From positions 161,285 through 225,284 of IMG/VR virus record IMGVR_UViG_3300035698_018317: a stretch of DNA of 64,000 bases; one strand, given 5' to 3'. This document shows positions 45,893 to 55,746 of the stretch, in pieces. A program made the translations under genes and the position numbers. Numbering within the stretch: the stretch's first letter is position 1; each line of letters opens with the position of its first letter. The notes under the pieces were generated by a model. That model made no database searches, had not been told where the DNA came from, and worked only from the letters and a program-made list of their open reading frames with translations.

Positions 45893-46448
45893 AATATGTA
45901 AATCCTTCCCAATAGGAGAAGAAGAGTATGCGTCGTTGCACAAAAAGTTCGGTGATTTGAATCATTATATTGCTTGGCAACTCTATAAAAAGAATAGCAG
46001 GAATAATCACACGGATGAACAGGAGGACATCGCTCAGGAATTAACAATAGCGTTAATCAGAGCGGGTTCATATTACAAAAGACAAATTTATATTGAGACA
46101 TCCCTTGATTTATGTGCCAAATTTGTAAAAGATAAATTTTTGAATTTAATTGTTTTAGAATTAAAAAATCTTTGGGACAATAAGACACGTCATGGTGCCA
46201 GTCGTCAGAAATTTGGCCCATATCAAGAAAAGATTCTGAATAAAATTCTCAGGAAGGTGGTCCCACAGAATAAAAGACCATCTAAAAAAGCTCCCTTGGA
46301 GATTGATGGGAAATTTACCACATATTGTAAAGCAATTACGTGGAATGCTCAAAAATCTATGGGGAAAAAGATAACAAGGGAAAAAGGGATTAGAGCCTCC
46401 ATGGTTTCTCTCTCAGAGTTTGATTATTTAGGTTCTTCAAAATTGTAA
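45885..46448 (+). CDS. sigma-factor region 2-like protein
   Basis: DEQEDIAQELTIALIRA...GKFTTYCKAITWN; no region 4 HTH. Confidence 0.5.
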   Translation: MNEICKSFPIGEEEYASLHKKFGDLNHYIAWQLYKKNSRNNHTDEQEDIAQELTIALIRAGSYYKRQIYIETSLDLCAKFVKDKFLNLIVLELKNLWDNKTRHGASRQKFGPYQEKILNKILRKVVPQNKRPSKKAPLEIDGKFTTYCKAITWNAQKSMGKKITREKGIRASMVSLSEFDYLGSSKL

Positions 46449-46483
46449 TTGATTATTTAATTATAATAAGGTAAAATAATAGC

Positions 46484-48079
46484 ATGACAAACGAATTCCC
46501 GATAGATTTAACAAAAGAAGAGGCTGAAGAATTAGCCAAGCTGGTCCCCGTAGGTGCAGCAGATGAAGCTAATTCTTATAAATGGGATGAAGATTTCCAG
46601 AGAGAATTATTAGGTCTTCTTTTACATGACCGATATTTCTTATTGGAAAGTTTAGCAATTATAAAACCTAATTATTTTGTGAATGAAACTCATCGTCATA
46701 TTTGCGACATTCTTTTTAAGCATTTCGACAAGTATAAAACGCTTCCTAGTAGAGTTCAAATGACGAATGAGCTTAGTGTGTTACTTGAAGGAAAGGCTGA
46801 TGAGGTTAAAGTCCTTCATATTGGGGAATATAATGAAATTATTTTAGATTATCTTCCCGGCATGGAGTCGAGAGATTACTATCGAGATAAGATTGTTAAT
46901 TTCGCAAAAACTCAATCTTTAAAACAGGCGTTCCATCAATGTTTACAAGCTATCAAAGAAGACCCTGAATCGGAAAAGACATGGGAGATTGTTCATGAAG
47001 TTCTTAGAGATGCGTTAACAGTTGAACATAATTTTGACCTTGGTTTAGATTATTTCCAAACGATAGAAGCACGTTACGAAAGAATGAATAATGAAATAGA
47101 AATAGGCGACCGATTTACGTCTGGTTTCCATGCTATAGATACAGCTTTAGCTGGCGAAGGTTTGAAGCGTGGAGAAATTGGTTCTTGGGTAGGATTAAGT
47201 GGAACTGGCAAATCTTTGGCTTTAAAAGTGGCTTCGATTGCCAACATCACTAATGGTAAAAAGGTATTATATATTTCGCTCGAAATAGACCAAGACGGAG
47301 TAGCAGAAAGGTTTGATGCCGAATTCGCCAGTATGATGGAAAATCCCGATGTGTTGGAAGCAGATAAGATTACGATAAAAAATCTGCTTGAGAAAAAACA
47401 GCTTGTTTTTGATTTTATTAAAGAATACAAAGATGAAAATGTTTGTAAAGACGACCAATTATTGGTTATTAAGCAGTTCCCCGGTGGCCAGATGGATATG
47501 GCTGCGTTTCGTGCATATCACTCACAATTAGCATTGCGTGGTTTCCATCCTGATTTAGTCGTGATTGATTACATTGGGGAAATGAAAGATTATGCTGGAA
47601 TACCCACTCATGAATCTCGATATAGAATGACAAGAGATTTAAGAGGATTTGCTGTAGAACAAAATGTTTTAGTTTTAACAGCAATGCAGCCGAATCGTTC
47701 TGCCAAGGAAGTTATCAGAAGTGGAGAATTAATTGATGATGAAAATCTTGGTGATTCTTATGCACAAATAAAACCACTTGATGCTATGTGGACTATAAAC
47801 CAATTGCAGGAAGAAAAAGATTGTGGTCTTGCTCGAATATATGTGGCCAAACATAGGTCGGGAAAGAGTAGGTTCTCTTTCCATGTTACGTTTAATTATG
47901 AAACATTAGCAATTAGACAAATTAGTTATGAGCAGTATTCTGAGACGTTGAAGGAATATCGTAATACCAAAGAAAAAACTACAACAGATACGATGAAAGA
48001 TGTAATTAAAGACCGTGAAGTAAGAGGCATTATAGATGGAAATCAGAGGGAAGCTAACTTTAGAATGGAAAGAGGATAA
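46484..48079 (+). CDS. replicative DnaB-like helicase (T4 gp41-like)
   Basis: GLSGTGKS, YISLE, VVIDY, TAMQ.NR, LGDS, AKHR.G. Confidence 0.9.
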   Translation: MTNEFPIDLTKEEAEELAKLVPVGAADEANSYKWDEDFQRELLGLLLHDRYFLLESLAIIKPNYFVNETHRHICDILFKHFDKYKTLPSRVQMTNELSVLLEGKADEVKVLHIGEYNEIILDYLPGMESRDYYRDKIVNFAKTQSLKQAFHQCLQAIKEDPESEKTWEIVHEVLRDALTVEHNFDLGLDYFQTIEARYERMNNEIEIGDRFTSGFHAIDTALAGEGLKRGEIGSWVGLSGTGKSLALKVASIANITNGKKVLYISLEIDQDGVAERFDAEFASMMENPDVLEADKITIKNLLEKKQLVFDFIKEYKDENVCKDDQLLVIKQFPGGQMDMAAFRAYHSQLALRGFHPDLVVIDYIGEMKDYAGIPTHESRYRMTRDLRGFAVEQNVLVLTAMQPNRSAKEVIRSGELIDDENLGDSYAQIKPLDAMWTINQLQEEKDCGLARIYVAKHRSGKSRFSFHVTFNYETLAIRQISYEQYSETLKEYRNTKEKTTTDTMKDVIKDREVRGIIDGNQREANFRMERG

Positions 48080-48081
48080 AC

Positions 48082-48597
48082 ATGGCAACATTAGATGAAA
48101 TTTTAGACGGAGTAAGAACAATAAAAGTAGCTGGTCAGGATATAGTTATAGACCCTAAGAAGCTTACGTTTTCAGAAGTAACTCTTACCAAATATACAGA
48201 AGAAGAAGGTGTGTGGTATAACTATTTCGGCCAACGGCTTGCAGACGCAGATGCAGAATGGCAGCTTTTTTCCTCTAAGCATGACAATCTGAGTGCGGAA
48301 AAATTTGTTCAATTTAAATCAGAAGGTGGTTCAGATAAATATAATGAAGCACGAGTAAAAAGTGATTGTGACGTACAAGCTGCCAAGGAAAGCGAAATCG
48401 CTGCTCGACATAAAGTAAAGGTGTTACAAGGTCATTTGCGTGCATGGGATAAATGCCATGAAAACGCACAGAGTAGAGGGCATATGCTTCGAAAAGAAAT
48501 TGACAAGTTGAATCGTGATACCTTTGCGAAGCATCAGATGGATGGTGGTATGGAAGAAGAAGTAGATAAGATTATAGCTTCTTCAAAAGATGATTAA
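48082..48597 (+). CDS. putative UvsY-like recombination mediator
   Basis: Helical protein of matching size downstream of the helicase; weak similarity recalled, not tested. Confidence 0.4.
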   Translation: MATLDEILDGVRTIKVAGQDIVIDPKKLTFSEVTLTKYTEEEGVWYNYFGQRLADADAEWQLFSSKHDNLSAEKFVQFKSEGGSDKYNEARVKSDCDVQAAKESEIAARHKVKVLQGHLRAWDKCHENAQSRGHMLRKEIDKLNRDTFAKHQMDGGMEEEVDKIIASSKDD

Positions 48598-48625
48598 AAA
48601 TTATAATATGAAGGGTATATAATAT

Positions 48626-48797
48626 GCCTTAGTTAGTTTCGTCTTCAGCTTTGACAAGGAGGGCGAATGTACTTGTTCGTGTGGATAGTACATCGTTTTG
48701 TCGGGGCAGTGAGGAGCCAACACGAGAACTGATGCCTCTGCGTAGAGTCACAGTTCAGCAGAATCACAAAGAGATAAACAAAATCTCAGGCTAAGGT
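48626..48797 (+). ncRNA. candidate structured ncRNA
   Basis: TATAAT just upstream; closing stem GCCTTAG/CTAAGGT; inner helices ATGTACT/AGTACAT, GAACTG/CAGTTC, CTCT/AGAG, GAGAT/ATCTC; terminator follows. Confidence 0.55.
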
Positions 48798-48839
48798 AGG
48801 GGGTTCAAAAGATTGTTTCTTTTGGGTTCCCTTTTTTTT
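48798..48839 (+). terminator. intrinsic terminator
   Basis: AGGGGGTTCAAAAGA/TCTTTTGGGTTCCCT hairpin followed by a T run. Confidence 0.7.
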
Positions 48840-49421
48840 ATGGATATACAATCTCTACAACTCGATTTAAAAATAAGTGCTAGAGCGTTGCTTGCTAGTT
48901 TTCGTTTTCTTACAGAAGAGTCTAGACTGACCGGAGCTTATCAAGACCCTTTATATTTCCCTTTTTATTATTATTTAGGACAAAAGGTAGATGCCAAGAA
49001 CTTAATTGAATGGAATTTCAATTTGGGGCTTTATGGCGGTTGTTTTTTAAAAGGAAATGATACAGTTGAGAATATGTTTTCTTTTCATGAGAAGACAGAA
49101 GAATTTTATTCTTCACGGATAGGGATTTCCAATATAAAGAATCATTATCATAAGAATTTTGAAATTTGTGAAGGAACTATTGATGAAGCTCAAGAACGGT
49201 TGGCTCAAGATTCTTGGGATGTTGCTATTGTAAATGGTGAGGTTTCTCGTAAAGAGCAAATATCGAGATTAGAGATTTTGTGGGAACACATAAAGTTAGA
49301 TGGACTAATAGTAGTTGATTATATAAGTTCTAATTGTGGGTTCGAAGATTTTTGTCATATAAAGAATCGTGTACCTGTAATTTTCGATACAAGATATGGA
49401 ATTGGAATAATTCAAAAATAA
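48840..49421 (+). CDS. class I SAM methyltransferase-like (Methyltransf_24-like, degenerate)
   Basis: WDVAIVNG...LWEHIKLDGLIVVD..RYGIGIIQK pattern. Confidence 0.5.
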   Translation: MDIQSLQLDLKISARALLASFRFLTEESRLTGAYQDPLYFPFYYYLGQKVDAKNLIEWNFNLGLYGGCFLKGNDTVENMFSFHEKTEEFYSSRIGISNIKNHYHKNFEICEGTIDEAQERLAQDSWDVAIVNGEVSRKEQISRLEILWEHIKLDGLIVVDYISSNCGFEDFCHIKNRVPVIFDTRYGIGIIQK

Positions 49422-49460
49422 AAACTTGTTTTTATACTAAGTTATTTTGAGGTAAATAAA

Positions 49461-50222
49461 ATGGGATATGAAGTAAAATACCAATATCACACCAAAGATG
49501 AAAATGGTGAATACGATACAGACAATACTGAAGAAGGAAGTATCAAAGTAGGTTCTCCTTATGAGGATTTACCTTTAGATAATTTGGCCGGGAAGGTTAT
49601 GTCTCTTCTCGCTCGAAGAAACATCTTAGTGACAGAAATAGAGACTTTCGAATATACAAAGAAAAAAATAAGTTTTTCGGAAGAGGAAAGCGGAATTAAG
49701 ATTAAGAATAAAAAGTTTAAGTTTGATGATGGACCGCCTGTTCAATGTTTTGATGAGAGTAGTGCGAAAGACCAGATTCAAGCCCTTATTTCTGCACATC
49801 CAGAGTTACTAGAAGGGGCTGCACAAGCCCCTACAGCAGCCACCACAACCCCTCCAGCAGTCCCGGCTGAGAAAGCGGTCACAGTACCTCATAAATCTCC
49901 TGAACAGATTATGCGACGTGAATATTTCTGGCCAGATGATGAGAGATGGGTAGACTTTGCCAGAAAATCTACTCCAAATATGTCATTTACTTTAAAAAAG
50001 GCATATCCGATATATGCTGAAAAAAATGAGTCTGGAACTCGAAATATTTTATATAAAATTAGGGATGACAATGGTAGTTTGATGTGGTGTGTTGATAAAT
50101 TGTTTTCTATGTCAGTACCGCAAGGAGATTTAACAGGAAAGACAGACACCGGAGGATTATCTGATGCAGGATTAATTTGGTCTGGAACTCAACAGGATAA
50201 TATCCCAGCTTTAAGAAAGTAA
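49461..50222 (+). CDS. hypothetical protein
   Basis: Long ORF with SD GAGG. Confidence 0.7.
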   Translation: MGYEVKYQYHTKDENGEYDTDNTEEGSIKVGSPYEDLPLDNLAGKVMSLLARRNILVTEIETFEYTKKKISFSEEESGIKIKNKKFKFDDGPPVQCFDESSAKDQIQALISAHPELLEGAAQAPTAATTTPPAVPAEKAVTVPHKSPEQIMRREYFWPDDERWVDFARKSTPNMSFTLKKAYPIYAEKNESGTRNILYKIRDDNGSLMWCVDKLFSMSVPQGDLTGKTDTGGLSDAGLIWSGTQQDNIPALRK

Positions 50223-50226
50223 TAAA

Positions 50227-50643
50227 ATGAATAAACAAAGAAAAAAAGATAAAAAGAAGAAAGAAAGAACAAAGAAGGATAAGGCTTCATTTCTTCGAAA
50301 GAGGACTAAAGACCGTGCCGAAAAAAGAAAGGAACGGGATATAGAGAAGAGGGTAAGAGATGCCTCGCCTAAAAGGGAACCATTCCGTAATCCTTTAACA
50401 CCGGAAAAACAAGCAGAGCATGATGAAAAAGTCAAAGCTAAGTTACAACACAATCTTGAAGTCCTTCAAGCTCTTGAAGATGAGTATGATATAGAACAAG
50501 CTAAAAGAGAAGTACTAAACAAAGAACTTGAAGATGAAGGAAATATGACCGTACAAGAGAAGATGAAAGCAATAAATGATAAAAGTATTGCTGAAGGTCA
50601 AAAAGCTGAAGCAGAAGTTATTGCTGAAGAAGTTGAAGCATAG
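50227..50643 (+). CDS. hypothetical charged coiled-coil protein
   Basis: ORF followed by terminator hairpin at 50660-50694. Confidence 0.65.
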   Translation: MNKQRKKDKKKKERTKKDKASFLRKRTKDRAEKRKERDIEKRVRDASPKREPFRNPLTPEKQAEHDEKVKAKLQHNLEVLQALEDEYDIEQAKREVLNKELEDEGNMTVQEKMKAINDKSIAEGQKAEAEVIAEEVEA

Positions 50644-50750
50644 AATAATTTTATTTTTCAAAAAGAGCTATTTAAAAAATATAGCTCTTTTTTTAATTAA
50701 TTTTTATTTTTCGCTAAACTAACTTGCATGTTGGAACGATTATAGATATA

Positions 50751-50826
50751 GTAAACAAACGTAAAACGTAAACAACGTAAAACGTAAAACCATTAACCAT
50801 TAACTTATTAACAGGAGAAAACAAAA
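50751..50826 (+). promoter_or_regulatory. repetitive A-rich leader of SSB gene
   Basis: AACGTAA x4 and (C/T)ATTAAC x3 before SD AGGAGA; promoter TTGCAT-17-TATAGT upstream. Confidence 0.55.
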
Positions 50827-51807
50827 ATGGGACTAAATTTAGCAGAAATGCAGAGTGAAAAAGAGAGATTGGCACAAGGAAACAAGAGCGAATTTCTAGA
50901 GAATTTCGTAAGAATGCCGGATGGCAATGGGCATTTGACACTTCGCCTACTTCCCCCGGCTGAAGACGGGATGTTTGAGAAAGAAGTTAATCCTTTCGTT
51001 GTAAGAACAAGAATCCACCGTGTAAACAATAAGAGTATGCACTGTCCAAAAGAACTGGATAAGGATAACGGTAGACGTTGGGTTGGCGAATGCCCAATTT
51101 GCAACTATTACCATTGGCTTTGGAATGAGTCAAAGAAGAAAGACCCAACCGAGGCAGAGGCAATGCAGGCAAAAGCTCGGGAAATTAAACCTATCGAGCG
51201 TTATTACTACAACGTATTAGTACGTTCGCAGTTTAATGAAGATAAACAGGCAGTAGAGAAAAATGTTGGCCCTAAGATTTTCAGTTGTGGTAAGACTCTT
51301 TACGGAATGATTGTGCGTGCAATTTGCGGCGACAAAGAGCTTGAAGAGAAGCCTCTGGGCGACGTTACGGATGTAAAGGGTGGTCGTGACTTTAAGTTGA
51401 TGAAGACGATGCGACAATCAGGACAGAATAGTTATCCAAATTATAGTGACTCTAAATTCCTTGATGAATCTCCATTAGGAGAGGGCGAGGATGTCACAAA
51501 ATGGTTGACTGGACTTCATGATTTATCAACTCTTCGTGTTATTAAGTCGGAAGAAGAATTGAAGCATGAACTTAAGGTTCATTTGGGTGTTGCAAAGGAT
51601 GTTAACGATGGTGGTTTTGACCCTTCTGAGTTCCAGAAAGGCGGCACAGACGCCGTTGCAGAAGAAACCCCCTCAGTATCGGAAGCAAAGGCAGAAGAGG
51701 CTCCAGCAGCCACTCCTGACGCTCCTGAAGCACCTGCTACCCCTGTAGTTGAAGAAGATGATGCATTAGACGGAGATGATTTCATTAACAAATTGAAATC
51801 AATGTAA
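50827..51807 (+). CDS. single-stranded DNA-binding protein (T4 gp32-like)
   Basis: LRLLPP, HCP...CPIC Zn site, RYYYNV, G.DFKL, YPNY.DS.F, acidic C-terminal tail. Confidence 0.85.
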   Translation: MGLNLAEMQSEKERLAQGNKSEFLENFVRMPDGNGHLTLRLLPPAEDGMFEKEVNPFVVRTRIHRVNNKSMHCPKELDKDNGRRWVGECPICNYYHWLWNESKKKDPTEAEAMQAKAREIKPIERYYYNVLVRSQFNEDKQAVEKNVGPKIFSCGKTLYGMIVRAICGDKELEEKPLGDVTDVKGGRDFKLMKTMRQSGQNSYPNYSDSKFLDESPLGEGEDVTKWLTGLHDLSTLRVIKSEEELKHELKVHLGVAKDVNDGGFDPSEFQKGGTDAVAEETPSVSEAKAEEAPAATPDAPEAPATPVVEEDDALDGDDFINKLKSM

Positions 51808-51821
51808 AAGGTCCGGTTGGT

Positions 51822-51859
51822 AAAGGGGCCATGGGTATTTCCCCATGGCCCCTTTTTTT
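51822..51859 (+). terminator. intrinsic terminator
   Basis: AAAGGGGCCATGGG...CCCATGGCCCCTTT followed by a T run. Confidence 0.85.
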
Positions 51860-51877
51860 AAGAAATAAGGATAAATT

Positions 51878-53077
51878 ATGGCGAAGAAGAAAAAAGAAGA
51901 AGTAAAGTCAGATTTTTTTGCTGATTTAGCAGAACATACAGGCGGTCGTATTTTGAAAGGCTTGGGCGATAGTCGATATTTTGTGGATAGTGGTAACTTA
52001 GCTTTGAATTATATAAATTCAGGGAAATTTATGGGTGGTGGTTGGCCAACCGGGATTATAGAAATTTTTGGGCCTCCCGCATCTGCAAAGAGTTTATTTG
52101 CCTATTCAGCGTTAGGAGCTTGTCAAAGAATGGGAGGAATAGCTATTCTCTTGGACTGTGAACGTGCAGCGAATGAAAAGTTTGCTGTTAGTGCTGGTCA
52201 TGTAAATGAAAATGAATTGATTATTCAGACACCAATTTCTATTGAAGAAGTAGAAAGAAAGATTATCAGCATGACGAAGCTCATTAGGGAAAAAAAGGGT
52301 GAAGACATTCCGATATTTTTTGCATGGGATTCAATTGGAGTAGCTTCTTGTGAACGAGAAGTGAAAGAGACACATCTTCCTGAAGAATATACACAAAAGC
52401 AGTTCAAGGATATTGTTGGTGGAAAAGAACAACCCGGAGAACGTGCGAAAGCGGCTGGTCGTATGTTAAGAAAAGTTAATCCGTTCCTTGATGAGCATAA
52501 TGCTACTTTGTTTGTTATCAATCAAACTAGGATGGCAATAGGTGCATATGGTGACCCTGAAGTTACGGCTGGTGGTGGTAAATCACTTCCTTTCTATGCC
52601 AACTGTCGTGTTCGAACTTGGCCCAGAAAACAGATTGAAGATGCAAAAAGAAAAATACCAATTGGAGTTAATATAAACTTAAGAAATAAAAAGAGTCGTT
52701 CATTTGTTCCATTCTTGGGAACAACTAATGTCCAACTATATTTTGCAAGCGGAATTAATCCTGTTGGTGGTCTTCTAGAGGTTTTAGTCGGTGCAGGCCG
52801 AGTAGAAGGAAAAGGAACCTATATAGTAAATGAGCCTTGGGCTGGAGGAGAGGAAATTAAATTTAAAGCATCAAAAGAAAGAAATGATGTGCCAATAGAA
52901 TTAATTTTAGAATGCCCAGCTTTGATAGACGCTACATCTAAAAAAGAAGTAGAAGATTATTTAAGAGTTTATTCAGAGGCATACAATTTATCTATATCAG
53001 ACCTAGTTGAAACAGATATAGAAGGTTCTGATGATTATGAAGATGATACTGATGATACTGATGTATTAGAGATATAA
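51878..53077 (+). CDS. recA: RecA/UvsX recombinase
   Basis: EIFGPPASAKS, LDCE, WDS, VINQ.R, T.GG..L.FYA. Confidence 0.88.
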   Translation: MAKKKKEEVKSDFFADLAEHTGGRILKGLGDSRYFVDSGNLALNYINSGKFMGGGWPTGIIEIFGPPASAKSLFAYSALGACQRMGGIAILLDCERAANEKFAVSAGHVNENELIIQTPISIEEVERKIISMTKLIREKKGEDIPIFFAWDSIGVASCEREVKETHLPEEYTQKQFKDIVGGKEQPGERAKAAGRMLRKVNPFLDEHNATLFVINQTRMAIGAYGDPEVTAGGGKSLPFYANCRVRTWPRKQIEDAKRKIPIGVNINLRNKKSRSFVPFLGTTNVQLYFASGINPVGGLLEVLVGAGRVEGKGTYIVNEPWAGGEEIKFKASKERNDVPIELILECPALIDATSKKEVEDYLRVYSEAYNLSISDLVETDIEGSDDYEDDTDDTDVLEI

Positions 53078-53088
53078 TCTCCACTACG

Positions 53089-53130
53089 AAAAATAACCCA
53101 ACTAGTTTTAGCTAGTTGGGTTATTTTTTT
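53089..53130. terminator. bidirectional terminator
   Basis: AAAAATAACCCAACTAG...CTAGTTGGGTTATTTTT between convergent genes. Confidence 0.85.
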
Positions 53131-53142
53131 TATTGTTTTTAT

Positions 53143-53781
53143 TTAGTAGGGATTGTCGCTGAACGGCGTGCGGCGGCTTCGATATTCATCAGGACGTTGC
53201 TTGTCCTTGTGACTATTGAGTTTACGACCGAGCTTCTTTTTTTCTCTTAAAGATTCCATCACGGATAATGGTCTCTTTTTTGGTTTATTAACTATCGACC
53301 AGCATCCCGGCGTAGTTTTAACTACGTTATAACCTTTGGTTGTGAGTTCTTTTCTTACCGCTAGTATATGGCTTTTATAGGTTGCGAGACCAAAGCCATA
53401 TGTTTTAAAATTGTAAGCGACATCATTTGCAGAAACCTGTTTTTGGCCAAGGAACTGTTCTCTAACGTAGTTCCTAATGGTTGCTGCTTTCCGTGCTTTA
53501 CTATTTACGGCGGTTTCGGGTTTAGCCTTACGGTTACTCTTTTTAATTTTTGTTTCGATTACCGTATAAGCAACATCAGCCTTATAATCTTGGTTCGTTA
53601 AAGCCTTCGCCAGATTAACAAGGTCAAGCAGTGGTGGCAAGTTCGCTTCGTCTATTGTTACCACATAGATACCAGCGTTAAGCTTGTTTGCGTATTCTAT
53701 AAGCTGTCGGTAATGTTTCATCAGCGTAAAATACTTGTGTCCATCGGCGTCTTCAATCATCATGCATTTTTTCGTTTTCAA
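53143..53781 (-). CDS. hypothetical basic protein
   Basis: ORF, TTG start after AAGGAG. Confidence 0.65.
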   Translation of the reverse strand: MKTKKCMMIEDADGHKYFTLMKHYRQLIEYANKLNAGIYVVTIDEANLPPLLDLVNLAKALTNQDYKADVAYTVIETKIKKSNRKAKPETAVNSKARKAATIRNYVREQFLGQKQVSANDVAYNFKTYGFGLATYKSHILAVRKELTTKGYNVVKTTPGCWSIVNKPKKRPLSVMESLREKKKLGRKLNSHKDKQRPDEYRSRRTPFSDNPY

Positions 53782-53856
53782 GTTAAGCTCCTTATTCTGT
53801 ATTGCATTCTACAGATTTTCGGGTAGAATAAAAGCTCAAAGTTAGGAAATACAAAA

Positions 53857-54891
53857 ATGGATTCACAAGAAGTATTAACGTTTGATTCGTGTCGCAGGTT
53901 TGGTGCGGAGATTGAAATCTGTTCCTTTGACCATCGTGACTTCAAAAACAACCCCTTAGAGGGTAACGAAATGCCTCAAGGCATTGAAGAAGTGGCCCAT
54001 ACCTTGATGGAGGGCTTAAATGCCCAAGTCATTGTCAATAAATGGCACCATACGCATAATAATGAATCGTGGGTGGTTAAACCTGATTCATCTGCGGGTA
54101 TTGAGGTTTGCTCTCCAGTCATTAAAGGGTGGCGAGGCATCAGGGATGTATGTACTGCTGTCGAGTTGATGAAAACAAATCCTGAAGTGGCTGTAGATGG
54201 AAAATGTGGTTTTCATATTCATGTTGAAGTGGAAGATTTTGACACCAGACTTTTAGGCAAAGCTCTTGCTTGGTGGGTAAAATGTGAATCTGTGTTTATG
54301 GATTCTGTTCCATCTTGCAGGAAAAGAAATAAATATTGCGAACAAGTGGGATTGAGTCCAGTATTCCAACATGACACAAGAATTGATGGAGAGTGGCTTG
54401 TTAATTTACTGGGTGAGATGAAGTATTATACAATTAATACTTATCACCTATGTAAAGGTAAAAGAAAGACTATTGAGTTCCGAATCATCGAAGGCAAAGG
54501 TTGTCTTGATTCATATCTTATAAAAAATTGGATGAGGTTACTCATTCATTTTGTAGAGATGGCTAAAAAAGCACCGTGGCCTAAGAGATATAAAGAAGAC
54601 AATCCTTGGACTGGATATTTGTGGTTAGATTTTCGTGATGTGATGAAATTTCTAGGATTTGACGGGCCGTTGTCTAAAGGGTTGGAAGAAACAAGAAACT
54701 GGTTTATAGCTAGAATACAGAAAAATATACGTGAGAATTTATCTGGTTGTTTGTCTGAATCTGCCCGAGGCATTTGTGCCCAACAGGTTGAAGAATTCAT
54801 AGCTCAACACGGACTTGGTGATGACCTTTCAAATTGGTTGGTGCCGGAGAATTTGGAAGAGGCGTTATATTCAAAAGAAACAGCTTTATAA
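53857..54891 (+). CDS. putative amidoligase (COOH-NH2 ligase type 2)
   Basis: FGAEIE, W.VKPDSS, EVCSPV, CGFHIHV, TIEFR. Confidence 0.82.
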   Translation: MDSQEVLTFDSCRRFGAEIEICSFDHRDFKNNPLEGNEMPQGIEEVAHTLMEGLNAQVIVNKWHHTHNNESWVVKPDSSAGIEVCSPVIKGWRGIRDVCTAVELMKTNPEVAVDGKCGFHIHVEVEDFDTRLLGKALAWWVKCESVFMDSVPSCRKRNKYCEQVGLSPVFQHDTRIDGEWLVNLLGEMKYYTINTYHLCKGKRKTIEFRIIEGKGCLDSYLIKNWMRLLIHFVEMAKKAPWPKRYKEDNPWTGYLWLDFRDVMKFLGFDGPLSKGLEETRNWFIARIQKNIRENLSGCLSESARGICAQQVEEFIAQHGLGDDLSNWLVPENLEEALYSKETAL

Positions 54892-54919
54892 AGGGCGTTC
54901 GTAATCGTATATAATTATT

Positions 54920-55375
54920 GTGACAGAGTATAAAGAATTAAGTACTGCAATAGCACACATAAGGAATGTAGGGGAACAATTAGTCCCGTATAATTTTCCT
55001 CAAGCAGACCCTCAACTTGAAGATGAGATGGGTGTGTTAAAAACACGGGAATTATGTGTAGATGGATATCATGTCATCATACACTTCAGTAAAGCTTTTC
55101 ATAATGAATATTATTTGGAAACGTTACAAATATTAGGGAAGAAGGTTCCTTTTCTTCCTTTCAACTTAGTTGTTAAATTAGCTAAAAAGTTTCTGGGGTC
55201 TCACCATTTGTCTTTATCCGAGTTATTAAGGGATAATAGGAAAATTTATTGCTGGACCATATGCGTAGATGCGGAAGGTCACCCACTTCCTTCGGTTCAT
55301 GAAGAGGCAAAACTCCTTGAATTTGAGGGATTTGAATACGCCTACGTAGACGCTCAATTTATAAATTTTTATTAA
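54920..55375 (+). CDS. hypothetical protein
   Basis: ORF in operon. Confidence 0.6.
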   Translation: MTEYKELSTAIAHIRNVGEQLVPYNFPQADPQLEDEMGVLKTRELCVDGYHVIIHFSKAFHNEYYLETLQILGKKVPFLPFNLVVKLAKKFLGSHHLSLSELLRDNRKIYCWTICVDAEGHPLPSVHEEAKLLEFEGFEYAYVDAQFINFY

Positions 55376-55446
55376 TATTTTTTATCTGTTTTAACTGATT
55401 ATTTGACGTAGATATCTTTAGTTCAACCTATCATTAGGAGGAAATT

Positions 55447-55746
55447 ATGGATAAGGCTACGAAGATACAACAGCTTTTAATCGCCCATCTGCTGAAAGAA
55501 GGACAAATATCTCTATTACTGCCGGGAGGAATGTCTGTAGAAGTGGGGATGCTTCAAGAGGGAAAACATGGACCGCAAATTGCCGACGATTATTGCTGGG
55601 TTACAGCTAATCAAAACGATAATTCAGTAAATATAGACTCATATAATAATTTATATTTGCAATATCCTGAAGTAAGTGGTAAAATGCTTATTGAAGATAA
55701 GTTTGAAAAAGAAGGTAAATCAATAACGGTCCTACAAGCTTGTTAA
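55447..55746 (+). CDS. hypothetical protein
   Basis: Strong SD AGGAGG. Confidence 0.7.
   Translation: MDKATKIQQLLIAHLLKEGQISLLLPGGMSVEVGMLQEGKHGPQIADDYCWVTANQNDNSVNIDSYNNLYLQYPEVSGKMLIEDKFEKEGKSITVLQAC

Noticed and set aside
48626-48797. Second RNase P RNA or 6S RNA
   Set aside because: It lacks the GAAAGUC/GCUUA P4 pairing and does not form a single long rod with a central bubble
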